Source of the DNA: a virus
Taxonomy: Duplodnaviria > Caudoviricetes
Direction: 5' to 3' (one strand)
DNA: 63,906 bases
IMG/VR virus record: IMGVR_UViG_3300010371_000004
Location: 1-63,906 of that record
The notes below the pieces were generated by a model. It did no database searches. It was not told the DNA's origin and was given only the letters and a program-made list of their open reading frames with translations. The position numbers and the translations under genes were made by a program. Shown here in pieces: positions 40,691 through 50,355 of the stretch; position 1 is the first letter of the stretch, and each line of letters begins with the position of its first letter.

Positions 40691-42358
40691 TTACGCAACC
40701 ATATTTACAGCCACCATTGCATAGGCCGATGCAGGAGCGATACCATAGCCCATCGTTACAGTCGCACCGTTCCCTAGAGCAACAGACATAGCGACGTTAT
40801 CCCCTGAAATTACCCCTGTGGCCTTCGAAGTCTGGGTAGACGTCAAAACACCCGGCGAGAGGATTGCATCGACTACAAGGTCACCCAGCGCAGAAGATAA
40901 GGGCACACTAGCTGACGCGGAACTCGCACTGTTTGCTGTTCCAACTGTTCCGAGTGCTACCGATGCCGGAGCATCCAAAGACACGCCCATCACATACACG
41001 TTCGGGCCTCCCGTGTAGGTGAAAACGACCGCATGAGTGCCTGGAGCGTTCGTTAGGAGATAATACAGAGTCACCGTTAAAGTGCCCTGAGTCACGGTGC
41101 CTAGTGGGACCGGGGTTACTCCGACTCCGTTGTAGTCTTGAACCACGACGGCACCGGGGAGTCCGACAACGCATTCGGCCAGGATGATAGGACCGCCTCC
41201 ACTCGTGAGATTGAATGTGACCGTACCGGCTGAAATCGCCGCGCCACCTGAGTCGATGACTGAGACCGAAGTCGTAGGATCAACTGGGAAAATAACCGGG
41301 GGATATCGAAGGCTTGGAGAACCGCCCCCAACGACCGGAATGGCATCCGCATAATAGCCAGGTTGGATCGCGGCGTAGGTATATGATCCCGTATAGTCCT
41401 TCAACGTGATCGTGTAGCCAGTTGACCCCGCTGCGCCGTTCCAAACCTGAAATGGCATAGGCGGATTTGAGAGCAAAACATCAATATTCGCGGTAGGAGT
41501 GATTCGAACTAATGATGGATCGGTCGGAGTAAGCGCAACCGTTGAGCCCGTGGTATCGGTCGTCGTGGCTGTCCCGATAGCCTGGTATGCGCCGTTCACC
41601 CAAAGAAAAGAGCCTGCTTGCGTGTGCGTGACAAATAGCGTGTCGGTTGACGGAGTATCAACAGGAGCCGCGACATCGTTCGTAAAGCGTTGCCAAAGGT
41701 TCCCGTTTGGTCCCATGACGCCCGAGTAGTCAATCGTGCCAGGTGTAATCACGCCTGCCGCCGTGGTGCAGTTGCCAATGAGAACCGAGTTCATCGCGGG
41801 CGGCGTAATCGTGGTTGAAAAGTCAAGCGTTCCCGCCGAGTTGCCTAGAGCGTTCCATGCGCCTAGCTTTAGCCAAACGTAAACGATAGACGTAGCGTCA
41901 GGAAGGGTTAGGGTATCGCCCGCGAATTCTAGCGAAGAAAAGGCCACGGCAACACCGTTGGTCACGCCAACATTTAGCGCCGTGACTGCCGCTAGAGCGG
42001 TGACTGTCCAGTAAGTCCCGTTGGGAGGCGCATGTCCAACCGTGGTTAGGATGCAAACATAAGTCACGCCACCACTTGAGGCGTATTCCCCCGGCTGATA
42101 GGTTGTTCCTGCATCGTAAGCCGTGTAAAGCTTCAATCCCGACGCAACACCAAACGTCCCCCCAGGATAAGATCCCATCACCGTCACGACCGCTAAAAGT
42201 TGGTTCAGCTTCTCAGTGATATTAGTTGCGAAATCACCTGTCGAAAAGGGAGCGTCTACCGGGTCCGTGGTGGTCGAATCGGTGCAAGTGCTCCGAAGAT
42301 AGGCCACAGTCGGACCTATCGGTATTGGAGTTTGATCGGAAGTTAGTCGGTAAGCCAC
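40691..42358 (-). CDS. Tail fibre-like protein with a CBM5/12-like motif (likely start GTG 42358)
   Basis: YDAGTTYQPGEYASSGGVTYVC...PPNGTYW; the longer start at 42472 runs through element A. Confidence 0.7.
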   Translation of the reverse strand: MAYRLTSDQTPIPIGPTVAYLRSTCTDSTTTDPVDAPFSTGDFATNITEKLNQLLAVVTVMGSYPGGTFGVASGLKLYTAYDAGTTYQPGEYASSGGVTYVCILTTVGHAPPNGTYWTVTALAAVTALNVGVTNGVAVAFSSLEFAGDTLTLPDATSIVYVWLKLGAWNALGNSAGTLDFSTTITPPAMNSVLIGNCTTAAGVITPGTIDYSGVMGPNGNLWQRFTNDVAAPVDTPSTDTLFVTHTQAGSFLWVNGAYQAIGTATTTDTTGSTVALTPTDPSLVRITPTANIDVLLSNPPMPFQVWNGAAGSTGYTITLKDYTGSYTYAAIQPGYYADAIPVVGGGSPSLRYPPVIFPVDPTTSVSVIDSGGAAISAGTVTFNLTSGGGPIILAECVVGLPGAVVVQDYNGVGVTPVPLGTVTQGTLTVTLYYLLTNAPGTHAVVFTYTGGPNVYVMGVSLDAPASVALGTVGTANSASSASASVPLSSALGDLVVDAILSPGVLTSTQTSKATGVISGDNVAMSVALGNGATVTMGYGIAPASAYAMVAVNMVA

Positions 42359-42389
42359 TGAGTGTAAGGATACGACATTTGAAGCCCAC

Positions 42390-42479
42390 TGAGAATTTAC
42401 TCGCTTCGCTCGATGCTTTTCCTCTCCCGCTGGGTCTGCCGAAACCGGAGTTTCGGTTAGGCGGGTGGTCAAGATTCAG
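42390..42479. repeat. Conserved structured element A, copy 2
   Basis: Same ordered blocks as 25673-25758. Confidence 0.85.
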
Positions 42480-42681
42480 CGAGCCATTTTAATATCAGAG
42501 ATTCCACTTGACGGCTCATGTTGATGTTCCTATCCTTGCAATGGGCACTAGCCGCGTCGTAGGATTCCTGAGTCATGCTGAAACTGAACTGTTTCCGCTT
42601 ACGCTGAGATCGTGGAATTGTTTTCTTGATTTGTTCTTTTTCTATTGCGTTTTGTATCTACACCGTGATACTATTATACCA

Positions 42682-42756
42682 GCAGTCGGCTGGCCGATAG
42701 TCAGGCCGAGCCTTATTAGCTCGGAGAGAGAGGGTTAAACTCCTAAGACTGCACCC
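42682..42756 (+). ncRNA. tRNA-like cloverleaf (degenerate; TAT at the anticodon position)
   Basis: GCAGTC/GACTGC acceptor; TGGC/GTCA D stem; CCGAGC-CTTATTA-GCTCGG; weak T arm with loop TTAAACT. Confidence 0.45.
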
Positions 42757-42765
42757 AAGGTTTAT

Positions 42766-43083
42766 ATGGAACAGACATTCTATGCTTGCGACGGGTTAGA
42801 TTCACCCCAGAAGTGGTGGCAGTTTGCGTGGCGCTTTACTGGCCGTCGCCGATCTTGGCGTTTAATCTACGATACGCCCGAGTCGGCAGAAGCGCATAGT
42901 CGGGATTCATCCGGGAAGAGTTGGATTTGGGACGGCAAACCAGCCGCGCCGATCACGCTTGCAGAGTCTCAGGAGAACGCTAAGAAACTCGGTGATAAAG
43001 GAACGGCACTCGTTACCTACCAAAGAAAGAAGTTTGGTGGGCTCATTATCGTTCTGGGACAGTGGCGCGTCGATGAGCAGTAA
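42766..43083 (+). CDS. Hypothetical protein
   Basis: AAGG RBS; overlaps the start of the HNH gene. Confidence 0.55.
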   Translation: MEQTFYACDGLDSPQKWWQFAWRFTGRRRSWRLIYDTPESAEAHSRDSSGKSWIWDGKPAAPITLAESQENAKKLGDKGTALVTYQRKKFGGLIIVLGQWRVDEQ

Positions 43084-44164
43084 ACCGCCTGGACTTTGCG
43101 GCAAATGCAATCTTAGGCAGCGCGACGGCGGACGGTCTTACTGCGATGAGTGCTCTCGTCAGATTAACGCCGAGTACCGTGAGCGAAAGAAATCGGGATT
43201 GCGATTGCGCGGGGCAAAGGGTCCGTCTGGATCGGTATGTATTGGGTGCAATTCAGCGCCCAGATGCAAGCACGGTGGTTGCTATTGCCGCTCATGTTAT
43301 AACCAAAGGCAGCGTGACTTGCGCGCTGAGAAATCCGGGTACACGCAACCCGATCAAACCGCTACATGCATCCTTCGTGATTCGGACATTTCGAACGCAC
43401 CCGAAAAGCGAAGCAAAGGCGTTGTGACAGCTTTCGGTATTGTCCCGAACAGGCAATACCTCCCAGAGTACACCACATGGAAGAACATGCGGTACCGATG
43501 CTATTATGCTCGCTGCGCATCTTTCAAGCATTACGGAGGGCGCGGAATAACTGTTTGCGACCGATGGCGAGACTCTTTTGAGGCCTTTTATCAAGACATG
43601 GGTCCACGTCCCGGTGAGCACTATTCTATTGACAGGATCAACAAGGACGGCAACTATGAGCCGTTAAATTGCCGTTGGGCGACTCAAAGCGAACAGTTGA
43701 GAAACCGGCGATCATGGACATGGGCCGCTGATGATAGGTCGCGCATGAGTCCTGTTGAACGAGCTATGGCCATCCAAAAAGCACGTTCTTTTAAGGGAGA
43801 ACATCTTACCGGTGAAGGATCAAATGGTTCATCATTAGCGCCCGATGCGCTCAGAGAGGATGCCGCAAATCGCGCAATGTCTGTTCTTCGCAAGCGGTAT
43901 GGAAACTATGACCTAAAGGCACCCATCCGCGAATCTCTTCACGAAATGGACCGGTCCACAGAAACGCCTACGGCCAAGGTGTTCGATTGCTACGGGTCCA
44001 ATACCGTAGAAGATCAGGCGAACTTTGCTTGGCTACTGTCTCACCTAACAGAATCCGAAATGGAACTCGTCATGGACAGAATGGACGACGGGAAGATTGG
44101 ATCTTTTGATGATCCTGAGTTGGCAGATATTCGCGCCAAGTTAGCACCCGTCTTAGGTTTATAA
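43073..44164 (+). CDS. HNH homing endonuclease with zinc fingers and an extra C-terminal domain
   Basis: YTTWKNMRYRC...YGGRGITVCDRW...SIDRINKDGNYEPLNCRWAT. Confidence 0.85.
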   Translation: MSSKPPGLCGKCNLRQRDGGRSYCDECSRQINAEYRERKKSGLRLRGAKGPSGSVCIGCNSAPRCKHGGCYCRSCYNQRQRDLRAEKSGYTQPDQTATCILRDSDISNAPEKRSKGVVTAFGIVPNRQYLPEYTTWKNMRYRCYYARCASFKHYGGRGITVCDRWRDSFEAFYQDMGPRPGEHYSIDRINKDGNYEPLNCRWATQSEQLRNRRSWTWAADDRSRMSPVERAMAIQKARSFKGEHLTGEGSNGSSLAPDALREDAANRAMSVLRKRYGNYDLKAPIRESLHEMDRSTETPTAKVFDCYGSNTVEDQANFAWLLSHLTESEMELVMDRMDDGKIGSFDDPELADIRAKLAPVLGL

Positions 44165-44262
44165 CGCACTTCGCAGAAAACGGGAGGCGGCTACCAGATG
44201 CGGGTCCGCTGACTCCATCGAATACAAGAAGTCGGTAACTACACGCGGACCCGGAGACTAGA
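44159..44262. repeat. Conserved structured element B, copy 2
   Basis: Same blocks and core spacing as 29825-29929. Confidence 0.88.
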
Positions 44263-47200
44263 ATCGACTCCACGTCTTGCGGTCAGCGTCTATCGAATAC
44301 CAAAGCGAAGGATCGGTTTCCCCGTTGATCGTTGGGGACCATGTTAGCGGGTTCTGGTTTGTATCGCCGGGCACTACGTTCGACCATCCACCATCGGCAA
44401 CTTGGATAGCCGTGTTAGTCGAATCGACCATCTGATAGGGAGCCGGGAGTGATGTTGGATTGAGCCCTTTCGTGATCCATTGTGTACCGGGTCCCGAAGT
44501 GCCCGCGTTGTATTTGAAGAACGTCACGACAAAATAGCCGTCGTGATCTATAACCGGGGTTGCTCCGAGTGCGTTCGCCATATAAAGTGCCGGGGTGCTC
44601 CAATCCTGACCGTGAGACTGAGAATAACAGACGTAGGTGCTATAAACTCCCGCCGTCAATCTCCCAATGAACAGATAAACGCGCCCATCTATAGGAGCGT
44701 AACACATTCGAGCCGTCTTAACGTCGCCGTAACTCGTCACCTGGTTGTAAAACAGCCACGCAGGGGCAGGGAACGGGAATGATGCGCGGCGATACCAAAC
44801 ATCCCCCGCCGTGACGACAGACTGATGAACTCTTGACCATTCGTCCTGAATATGCCAAGCCTGACCCGCTGCGAGAACAGGATTTGCAAGATAGGCAAGC
44901 CTCAAAGTGGATCTATTTTGCGGAGTAAACGCAATCGTTCCCGAAACGGACTCAACACCCGCTAATACGTCTTTTTGAAGCAAGTTCGTCTTTGCGAAAG
45001 GCGTACCGGTGATAAATCGGCCCTTGGCGTTCGTTGTTCCCGTTCCCGAACTGGTTCCGCTTACCGTTTCCTTTTCAGTCACGAGAGTCGAGGTAATTGG
45101 GTTCTGATTGATGTCGATAGCAACGCCGGTCGTTCTCTGTTTCAGAAACTCGAGCGTGTAATATCGAAACGGTGTACCGAAGCCTCCCGCGTTTACAATG
45201 TCACCGCTCTTTGGCTGGAAATAGACGACTGCCGCCCGTGCCTGGTATTGCAACTGCGTCGGATTCGTTGTCAATGCTCTGTCGATCCAATAAACAGATG
45301 GAGCAGACCCCGTATAAATCGCCCCTGCGCCACATAAGTTTGACAGAAGCCAAGAAGATCCATACCAGCTTGAAAGATCGGGCAGAGAGGCGTTAGGCGT
45401 AGCATGCCACCCGTTTATTTTGTTGATCCGATCCGAGAATGTGTTTACGCCTGCACTGAGTATGGTGGGGTTATTTGATGTCGTCACGTCCCATTGACCG
45501 AAGGACCGTTTCCCGTCCGTGTCCCCTAGCCCAAACTCGTAATAATTGAATCCTCCGTATCCCGGTTGACCCGGTGTTACATTGACTTGCGTCTCGTCGG
45601 ATTGAAGGAACGTAACCCTCGAATCTCCGTCTCGCACCATTCGTATCTGATGGATCTGGTATGTGCCCGAATTTGCCGGGAAATCAAGAAGCATAGACGT
45701 AAAACCGTCAATTCCCCATCCCGGGCCCTCGGAAGGTGTCCCGGTAGATAGCGCCTTGCAATCTCTAACCCCCGATTTGAACAGAGTCGGAATAAATCCC
45801 GTGTTTGTTGCGCTGTATGGGGCCATGAGGTCAAAGCGGATAGTAGTTAAGGCACCGGATGCTCCAAGCGCGTGTTTATACTGAATGAAACCTAGCGTTC
45901 CGCCTTCCCCCCTGATTTCGCAGATGATCTGCCAGATGGATTGATAGGACCACGTAACGGAACCATCCACGATCGCCCCGCCTGTGCCTGTAGGACCGCC
46001 TGACGCCGCCGATGTGCCCGCAACCGTGCATTTGTACAGGTTCCCGCCATTTACTACGAAATCGTTCACCAGATAGCCGGTTAATGCCGTCCAAGCCGTG
46101 CCCGCTGTGTTCGGCTGAATGTCGATTTCGAGGTATCGGTATCCTTCCGTGTTCTTGGGAACGCCTGCCACTGTCCATGTCTTTGTAGCCACTCCCGAGA
46201 GTGACCCTGAGTTCACTTGGAGAAACCCACCGACTAATGTGACATTGGCCGACCACTGAACGACCGAAGCACAAGGATCTAGGACGTAAGAAGCATCCTG
46301 CCATAACGTTAAAGCGTTGAACGGTCGAAGCCGGGCGTTTAGTGCCAAATCCCAAGGCAAAGCGGCCTTTTCGTTGAATGATGCGAGCGATTGCGGGTTA
46401 ATCCGCGCCATGAGCCCGTTTCCGTCTTGGCGCTCGAATGATGTACCGTCGATGTTCGGCGCTGGTGGCGTTGTACTACCACCGAAACCATTATTCCAAC
46501 TGTAACCGGTGATCGTAGCCCGCGCATTTTCTAGGCTAATCGTATCCCCGAAATTGAAAGGCGTCCAGATCGGTAGCCCGGTGGATGGATTTTTAGGACC
46601 GTCCGGCGCGGCCCACTCCGTTACCACCGCAGGAGCGTAAGCCGAATCAAAAGCGTTTATTTGCCCCGTGATAGTTCCTTGCTTCGTCGGTTGCATTTGG
46701 AATCTGACCCCTATTCCGCCGCCTAGTCTTGGCATCCCCGAAATGGAAATCCCTCCGGTAAGATCCACTGTCCCGACCGGTACCGTATAAATCTGAGTGA
46801 AGGGCCATTGAAGCGACTGACCAAGCGCATTGCATGTCAACGACCCTGCGAGAGTTGAGGGAGTCACAACCTGACCGCTTGCGGTGAATGCCAATTCCAT
46901 GAAGCAGGTATGACCGCCTCTTAGTGGTATAGGCGTCGTAAATGACGGGCCGATGATTCCTGAGAAAGAAAATGTATCGCCACCTACATCAAGTGTTCCG
47001 CTCACCGCGCCACCAAGTTTCGGAACGTCGTACAGGTCCCATTCTGCGGTTCTGGTAAGCCCGCTCGTATAGTCCGATGCCTCACCCATCTCTACCGAAA
47101 TCGAATAAGACCCGGTGAACCCCGCTAATGGTATCGGGATATTAGTTCCGTCACTGAGTCCACAGGATCCGACCGATGCAGATTGAAGCCATACCGTAGC

Positions 47201-47374
47201 ATTGCCAAATTGACCTCCAATGACTACGTTGAATCCACCAATGCCCGTTATATTGGCGCTGCAAATATAGCTAAATAGACCGTTAATTACCGGAACTTGC
47301 AACGTCACGTTCGGGATCGTGAAGTTTCCCGAAATTGTAAACACTCGTGACCGGGTTGTGTCTATCAGCGCCAT
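44258..47374 (-). CDS. Large tail protein (1038 aa)
   Basis: Tail-module position; CBM-like AWTALTGYLVNDFVVNGGNLYKCTVAGTS. Confidence 0.7.
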   Translation of the reverse strand: MALIDTTRSRVFTISGNFTIPNVTLQVPVINGLFSYICSANITGIGGFNVVIGGQFGNATVWLQSASVGSCGLSDGTNIPIPLAGFTGSYSISVEMGEASDYTSGLTRTAEWDLYDVPKLGGAVSGTLDVGGDTFSFSGIIGPSFTTPIPLRGGHTCFMELAFTASGQVVTPSTLAGSLTCNALGQSLQWPFTQIYTVPVGTVDLTGGISISGMPRLGGGIGVRFQMQPTKQGTITGQINAFDSAYAPAVVTEWAAPDGPKNPSTGLPIWTPFNFGDTISLENARATITGYSWNNGFGGSTTPPAPNIDGTSFERQDGNGLMARINPQSLASFNEKAALPWDLALNARLRPFNALTLWQDASYVLDPCASVVQWSANVTLVGGFLQVNSGSLSGVATKTWTVAGVPKNTEGYRYLEIDIQPNTAGTAWTALTGYLVNDFVVNGGNLYKCTVAGTSAASGGPTGTGGAIVDGSVTWSYQSIWQIICEIRGEGGTLGFIQYKHALGASGALTTIRFDLMAPYSATNTGFIPTLFKSGVRDCKALSTGTPSEGPGWGIDGFTSMLLDFPANSGTYQIHQIRMVRDGDSRVTFLQSDETQVNVTPGQPGYGGFNYYEFGLGDTDGKRSFGQWDVTTSNNPTILSAGVNTFSDRINKINGWHATPNASLPDLSSWYGSSWLLSNLCGAGAIYTGSAPSVYWIDRALTTNPTQLQYQARAAVVYFQPKSGDIVNAGGFGTPFRYYTLEFLKQRTTGVAIDINQNPITSTLVTEKETVSGTSSGTGTTNAKGRFITGTPFAKTNLLQKDVLAGVESVSGTIAFTPQNRSTLRLAYLANPVLAAGQAWHIQDEWSRVHQSVVTAGDVWYRRASFPFPAPAWLFYNQVTSYGDVKTARMCYAPIDGRVYLFIGRLTAGVYSTYVCYSQSHGQDWSTPALYMANALGATPVIDHDGYFVVTFFKYNAGTSGPGTQWITKGLNPTSLPAPYQMVDSTNTAIQVADGGWSNVVPGDTNQNPLTWSPTINGETDPSLWYSIDADRKTWSRF

Positions 47375-47574
47375 TAGCGATCATATCCGGCCATAAACAG
47401 AAACGTTCCGCTCACGTTCTGGATCGGGTCCGCATCATCGACCGTCATTTGAGAAATCTCGTTATATGACACCTGTCGTTTTTGACTTGCATAAACGTCT
47501 CTCCTTGGGGGTCTCGCATCGGCTTCCGTCTGCCGCCTTAATCTTTGGTCCCGAACAATCCCTAGTCCTCTCAT
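47374..47574 (-). CDS. Small tail-module protein
   Basis: Coupled on both sides. Confidence 0.6.
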   Translation of the reverse strand: MRGLGIVRDQRLRRQTEADARPPRRDVYASQKRQVSYNEISQMTVDDADPIQNVSGTFLFMAGYDR

Positions 47575-50355
47575 TTATGACACCTTCGATGCTATCGCCT
47601 TGTATTGCTCATCCAGTCCTGAATGCGTGTATTCGGCAGTCATGGCAGGGACAGAACGAAGCTCGTACATCGCCTGTTGCTGATTTCCCTTTCCTTCCCA
47701 CCATTTACCGGACGGTGCCGACCAAATAAAGTATGGCTTGCCGTTCAAAAGGACAGGATCGCCAAAAGCTAGAGGCCGTGGACGAATCCATTTCGTATCG
47801 CCCGGTTGCGGCGAAATAAGGACTAACGGAGCTTCTAAAATGACGAACTCTTGAGCATGACAGGAGAAATCAAAGATCCTTCGGCAAATGAAGTTCACCG
47901 CTTCTTGCTTTACTAAGGCAGGATCGGAATAGTAAATCAGTTCCGGTATGCCGTCAGTCCAGTCAGGGTGCGTAGGGTCAGGGTTGGGATGACCGTCTGT
48001 CGCGTGGTTCTGACCAAAGTTTCCAGCAGCCCAGTTATGCGCCTTAGCAACTAGCTGAATGCCGCCACTTGTTGATATAACCCCTCCACCTGCCTGACCA
48101 ACGCCTGAAACCATGACGCAATTCCCCGCAGGGGGAATAATTTGCGTCGAAAAACTGAACTTTCGGCATGGTGCCTGAACCATGTTCGATCCGTCGTGGT
48201 TATACGCAATGATCGGAGGGTAAACGACTCCCGCGCAACCCGTAGGCGGACTTGTTAGGAACTGACAGGCGTAATTGTAACCCGGCAATCCGTCTATGTT
48301 GAGTCCAACCGGCTTAGGCGGCAAAATGACACGCCAACAGCCGTTTTCATCATCTAGCGGCCCTCCGTTCGTATAGTTGGGGTCCCAACGAACGAACGCG
48401 CCGAGCCAATCCCGCGCATATTGGGCGATTATCGGACCAATTGGGCTATAGGACTCGATTTGAAGAGAATTACCGGAGTTTTGGCCCGTAAAAAAGCGAA
48501 TCGCCAGGTCTGGGACCTCAATTTGCGTGTCAAAGTAACCTGCGGCACGGAAAAGCGCCTTTATCGCCTCAGTAACTTTCCAAGGTGGAGATTTTTCCTC
48601 ATTCGAGGCGGCAAAATTGAGAACATAATAGGTCGTTCGCTTGGTTAAGGTGCTCCACTCTCCGACGCCTAACGCCTGATATGTGCCGTAATTGGGTTGA
48701 GGCAGGCTCGCATAGTTGCCCTTTTGGAGACGTTTCGCGCTCATTAAGCGACCGGTTTGTAGGTAGCTGAATTTCGAGGGGTTGTCAGGGTCGTAGAACG
48801 TCTTTAACCGGTATGGCTGGCCTCCTTGTACCGTCAAAATGGGGTCTAGGACGCCTTGAGGGTCCGGCATGATGAATGCCGCCGTCTCATGCGTGAAATC
48901 CCGATCTGAACCACTCATGCTGACCGATGAAAGGATCGGAACATCGATAGGAGTTGGCGTTCCGATCTTCCCGATTGGGTTCCGCGTGAATGTGCAGCGG
49001 TTGACTATCGGGCTATTCTGACCTGTCCCTGAAACCATCTTTAGTATGGCGTAGAACTTGGTTTCCGTTGTCGTCGCATTGAGCGGACAGATAAACGATG
49101 CCCATGTAACGCCGTTGAAATTGTTAGTTGGCCCTGATTGGGTAAGAGGCAAGCCGCTTGTTTGTTCATAGACCTTTATCTCGCATCCGATCTGAGGATA
49201 TGAGCCGTAAAAGGCCACATTTAAGAGCGTCGAAGCAGGAGAACCGAGCGGATCGCGTGGCTCGAATCCTGGCGTACTTTGGACCGCTGTAACGAGGTAT
49301 CCAACCGAGTAATACAGCGACGTTTGAAGATGGCCGTCAACAAAGATATCACGCCGAACGTCCAGTCTGGCCGGTACAAGTTTCGGCTGTGCGGGTGAGA
49401 ACTGCTTTACAACGTAAGTATCGTATTGAGGCTTTAGGATGTCGATAGCCGTAGCGACGATGGTTTGAAGAGCATTAAAGACCGTTGCAAACTGGACCTG
49501 TATAACCGAGCCGGACCAATTCCCATCTGAGTCTATGAACGCATCCTGGTGGACGTGAATCATGTGGGTCGAACCGGTCACATTTTGAGCAGATGACCAA
49601 ATGTAGGAATGACGGAAAACCCACGTAGCCGCGCCCGTGTTTTCCATGAGCCATGCGGTTCCATCAGCCCAAAAGATAAGCGAGTATTGGCCGTTTCCAG
49701 GGGATGCGCCGTCCGACTTCAAAACGGTCGGCATCCCTGAAAAATACAGGATACAAAGGGCTTGAGCCGTCTGGTAAGGAGAACCCTTCGGGACCTTGAA
49801 CCGAAACCAGATATCTTGATCTGGATGATGCGCCGATGACCCGGTGAACACCCTATCCATCGAAACTAACGGGTCATCCAGGCCAGGAGCGCTCACGGAG
49901 GGATAAGAAGATTGATCGCCCGTGTTTCGTTGAGCAATCGTAATACCCGCTAAAACGCTCTTCTTGTTGAACGTGTCATTAGGCCCCGGTGCTGATGTTG
50001 TCGCGCCGATGCCTGGAAGATAAAGCGGCGATATATGAGCTTCAACCCCTAGAAAACCTGATCCCGCACCATCGTTGGCCCAGGTTCCCGCCATGTCCTG
50101 CGCGTCCGTAACCGTCGTCTCATGCGTAAAACTTAGATTGGACTGGTAATCCGCGATCTTCCATCCAATCTGATTGAAGAACTGAACGCGGTAGTTTCCG
50201 TTTGGATGGCCCGAGCCGTCGCCATTCGTGCTTAGTTTCCCTGGCGAAATCTTGGACATAACCAGGTCATTCGACCAAAGTCCCTGCATCGGAATGGTTA
50301 CCGGTGTATTGAGCGTCAGAACCGTAGTTCTGCCCGGCGTTGTTCCTGAACTCAT
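47575..50355 (-). CDS. Tail tip/baseplate hub-like protein (926 aa)
   Basis: Follows the tape measure; beta-rich. Confidence 0.65.
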   Translation of the reverse strand: MSSGTTPGRTTVLTLNTPVTIPMQGLWSNDLVMSKISPGKLSTNGDGSGHPNGNYRVQFFNQIGWKIADYQSNLSFTHETTVTDAQDMAGTWANDGAGSGFLGVEAHISPLYLPGIGATTSAPGPNDTFNKKSVLAGITIAQRNTGDQSSYPSVSAPGLDDPLVSMDRVFTGSSAHHPDQDIWFRFKVPKGSPYQTAQALCILYFSGMPTVLKSDGASPGNGQYSLIFWADGTAWLMENTGAATWVFRHSYIWSSAQNVTGSTHMIHVHQDAFIDSDGNWSGSVIQVQFATVFNALQTIVATAIDILKPQYDTYVVKQFSPAQPKLVPARLDVRRDIFVDGHLQTSLYYSVGYLVTAVQSTPGFEPRDPLGSPASTLLNVAFYGSYPQIGCEIKVYEQTSGLPLTQSGPTNNFNGVTWASFICPLNATTTETKFYAILKMVSGTGQNSPIVNRCTFTRNPIGKIGTPTPIDVPILSSVSMSGSDRDFTHETAAFIMPDPQGVLDPILTVQGGQPYRLKTFYDPDNPSKFSYLQTGRLMSAKRLQKGNYASLPQPNYGTYQALGVGEWSTLTKRTTYYVLNFAASNEEKSPPWKVTEAIKALFRAAGYFDTQIEVPDLAIRFFTGQNSGNSLQIESYSPIGPIIAQYARDWLGAFVRWDPNYTNGGPLDDENGCWRVILPPKPVGLNIDGLPGYNYACQFLTSPPTGCAGVVYPPIIAYNHDGSNMVQAPCRKFSFSTQIIPPAGNCVMVSGVGQAGGGVISTSGGIQLVAKAHNWAAGNFGQNHATDGHPNPDPTHPDWTDGIPELIYYSDPALVKQEAVNFICRRIFDFSCHAQEFVILEAPLVLISPQPGDTKWIRPRPLAFGDPVLLNGKPYFIWSAPSGKWWEGKGNQQQAMYELRSVPAMTAEYTHSGLDEQYKAIASKVS

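Noticed and set aside
42359-42472. N-terminal extension of the 593-aa tail ORF
   Set aside because: It reads through non-coding element A; GTG 42358 is the more plausible start
42390-44262. Group I or group II intron explaining the A/B island
   Set aside because: No recognisable P7 or domain V motifs, no GTGYG start, no consistent A-B pairing in both copies, and no convincing in-frame exon fusion
37254-47374. Diversity-generating retroelement acting on tail genes
   Set aside because: No reverse transcriptase and no TR/VR pair with adenine-specific differences seen
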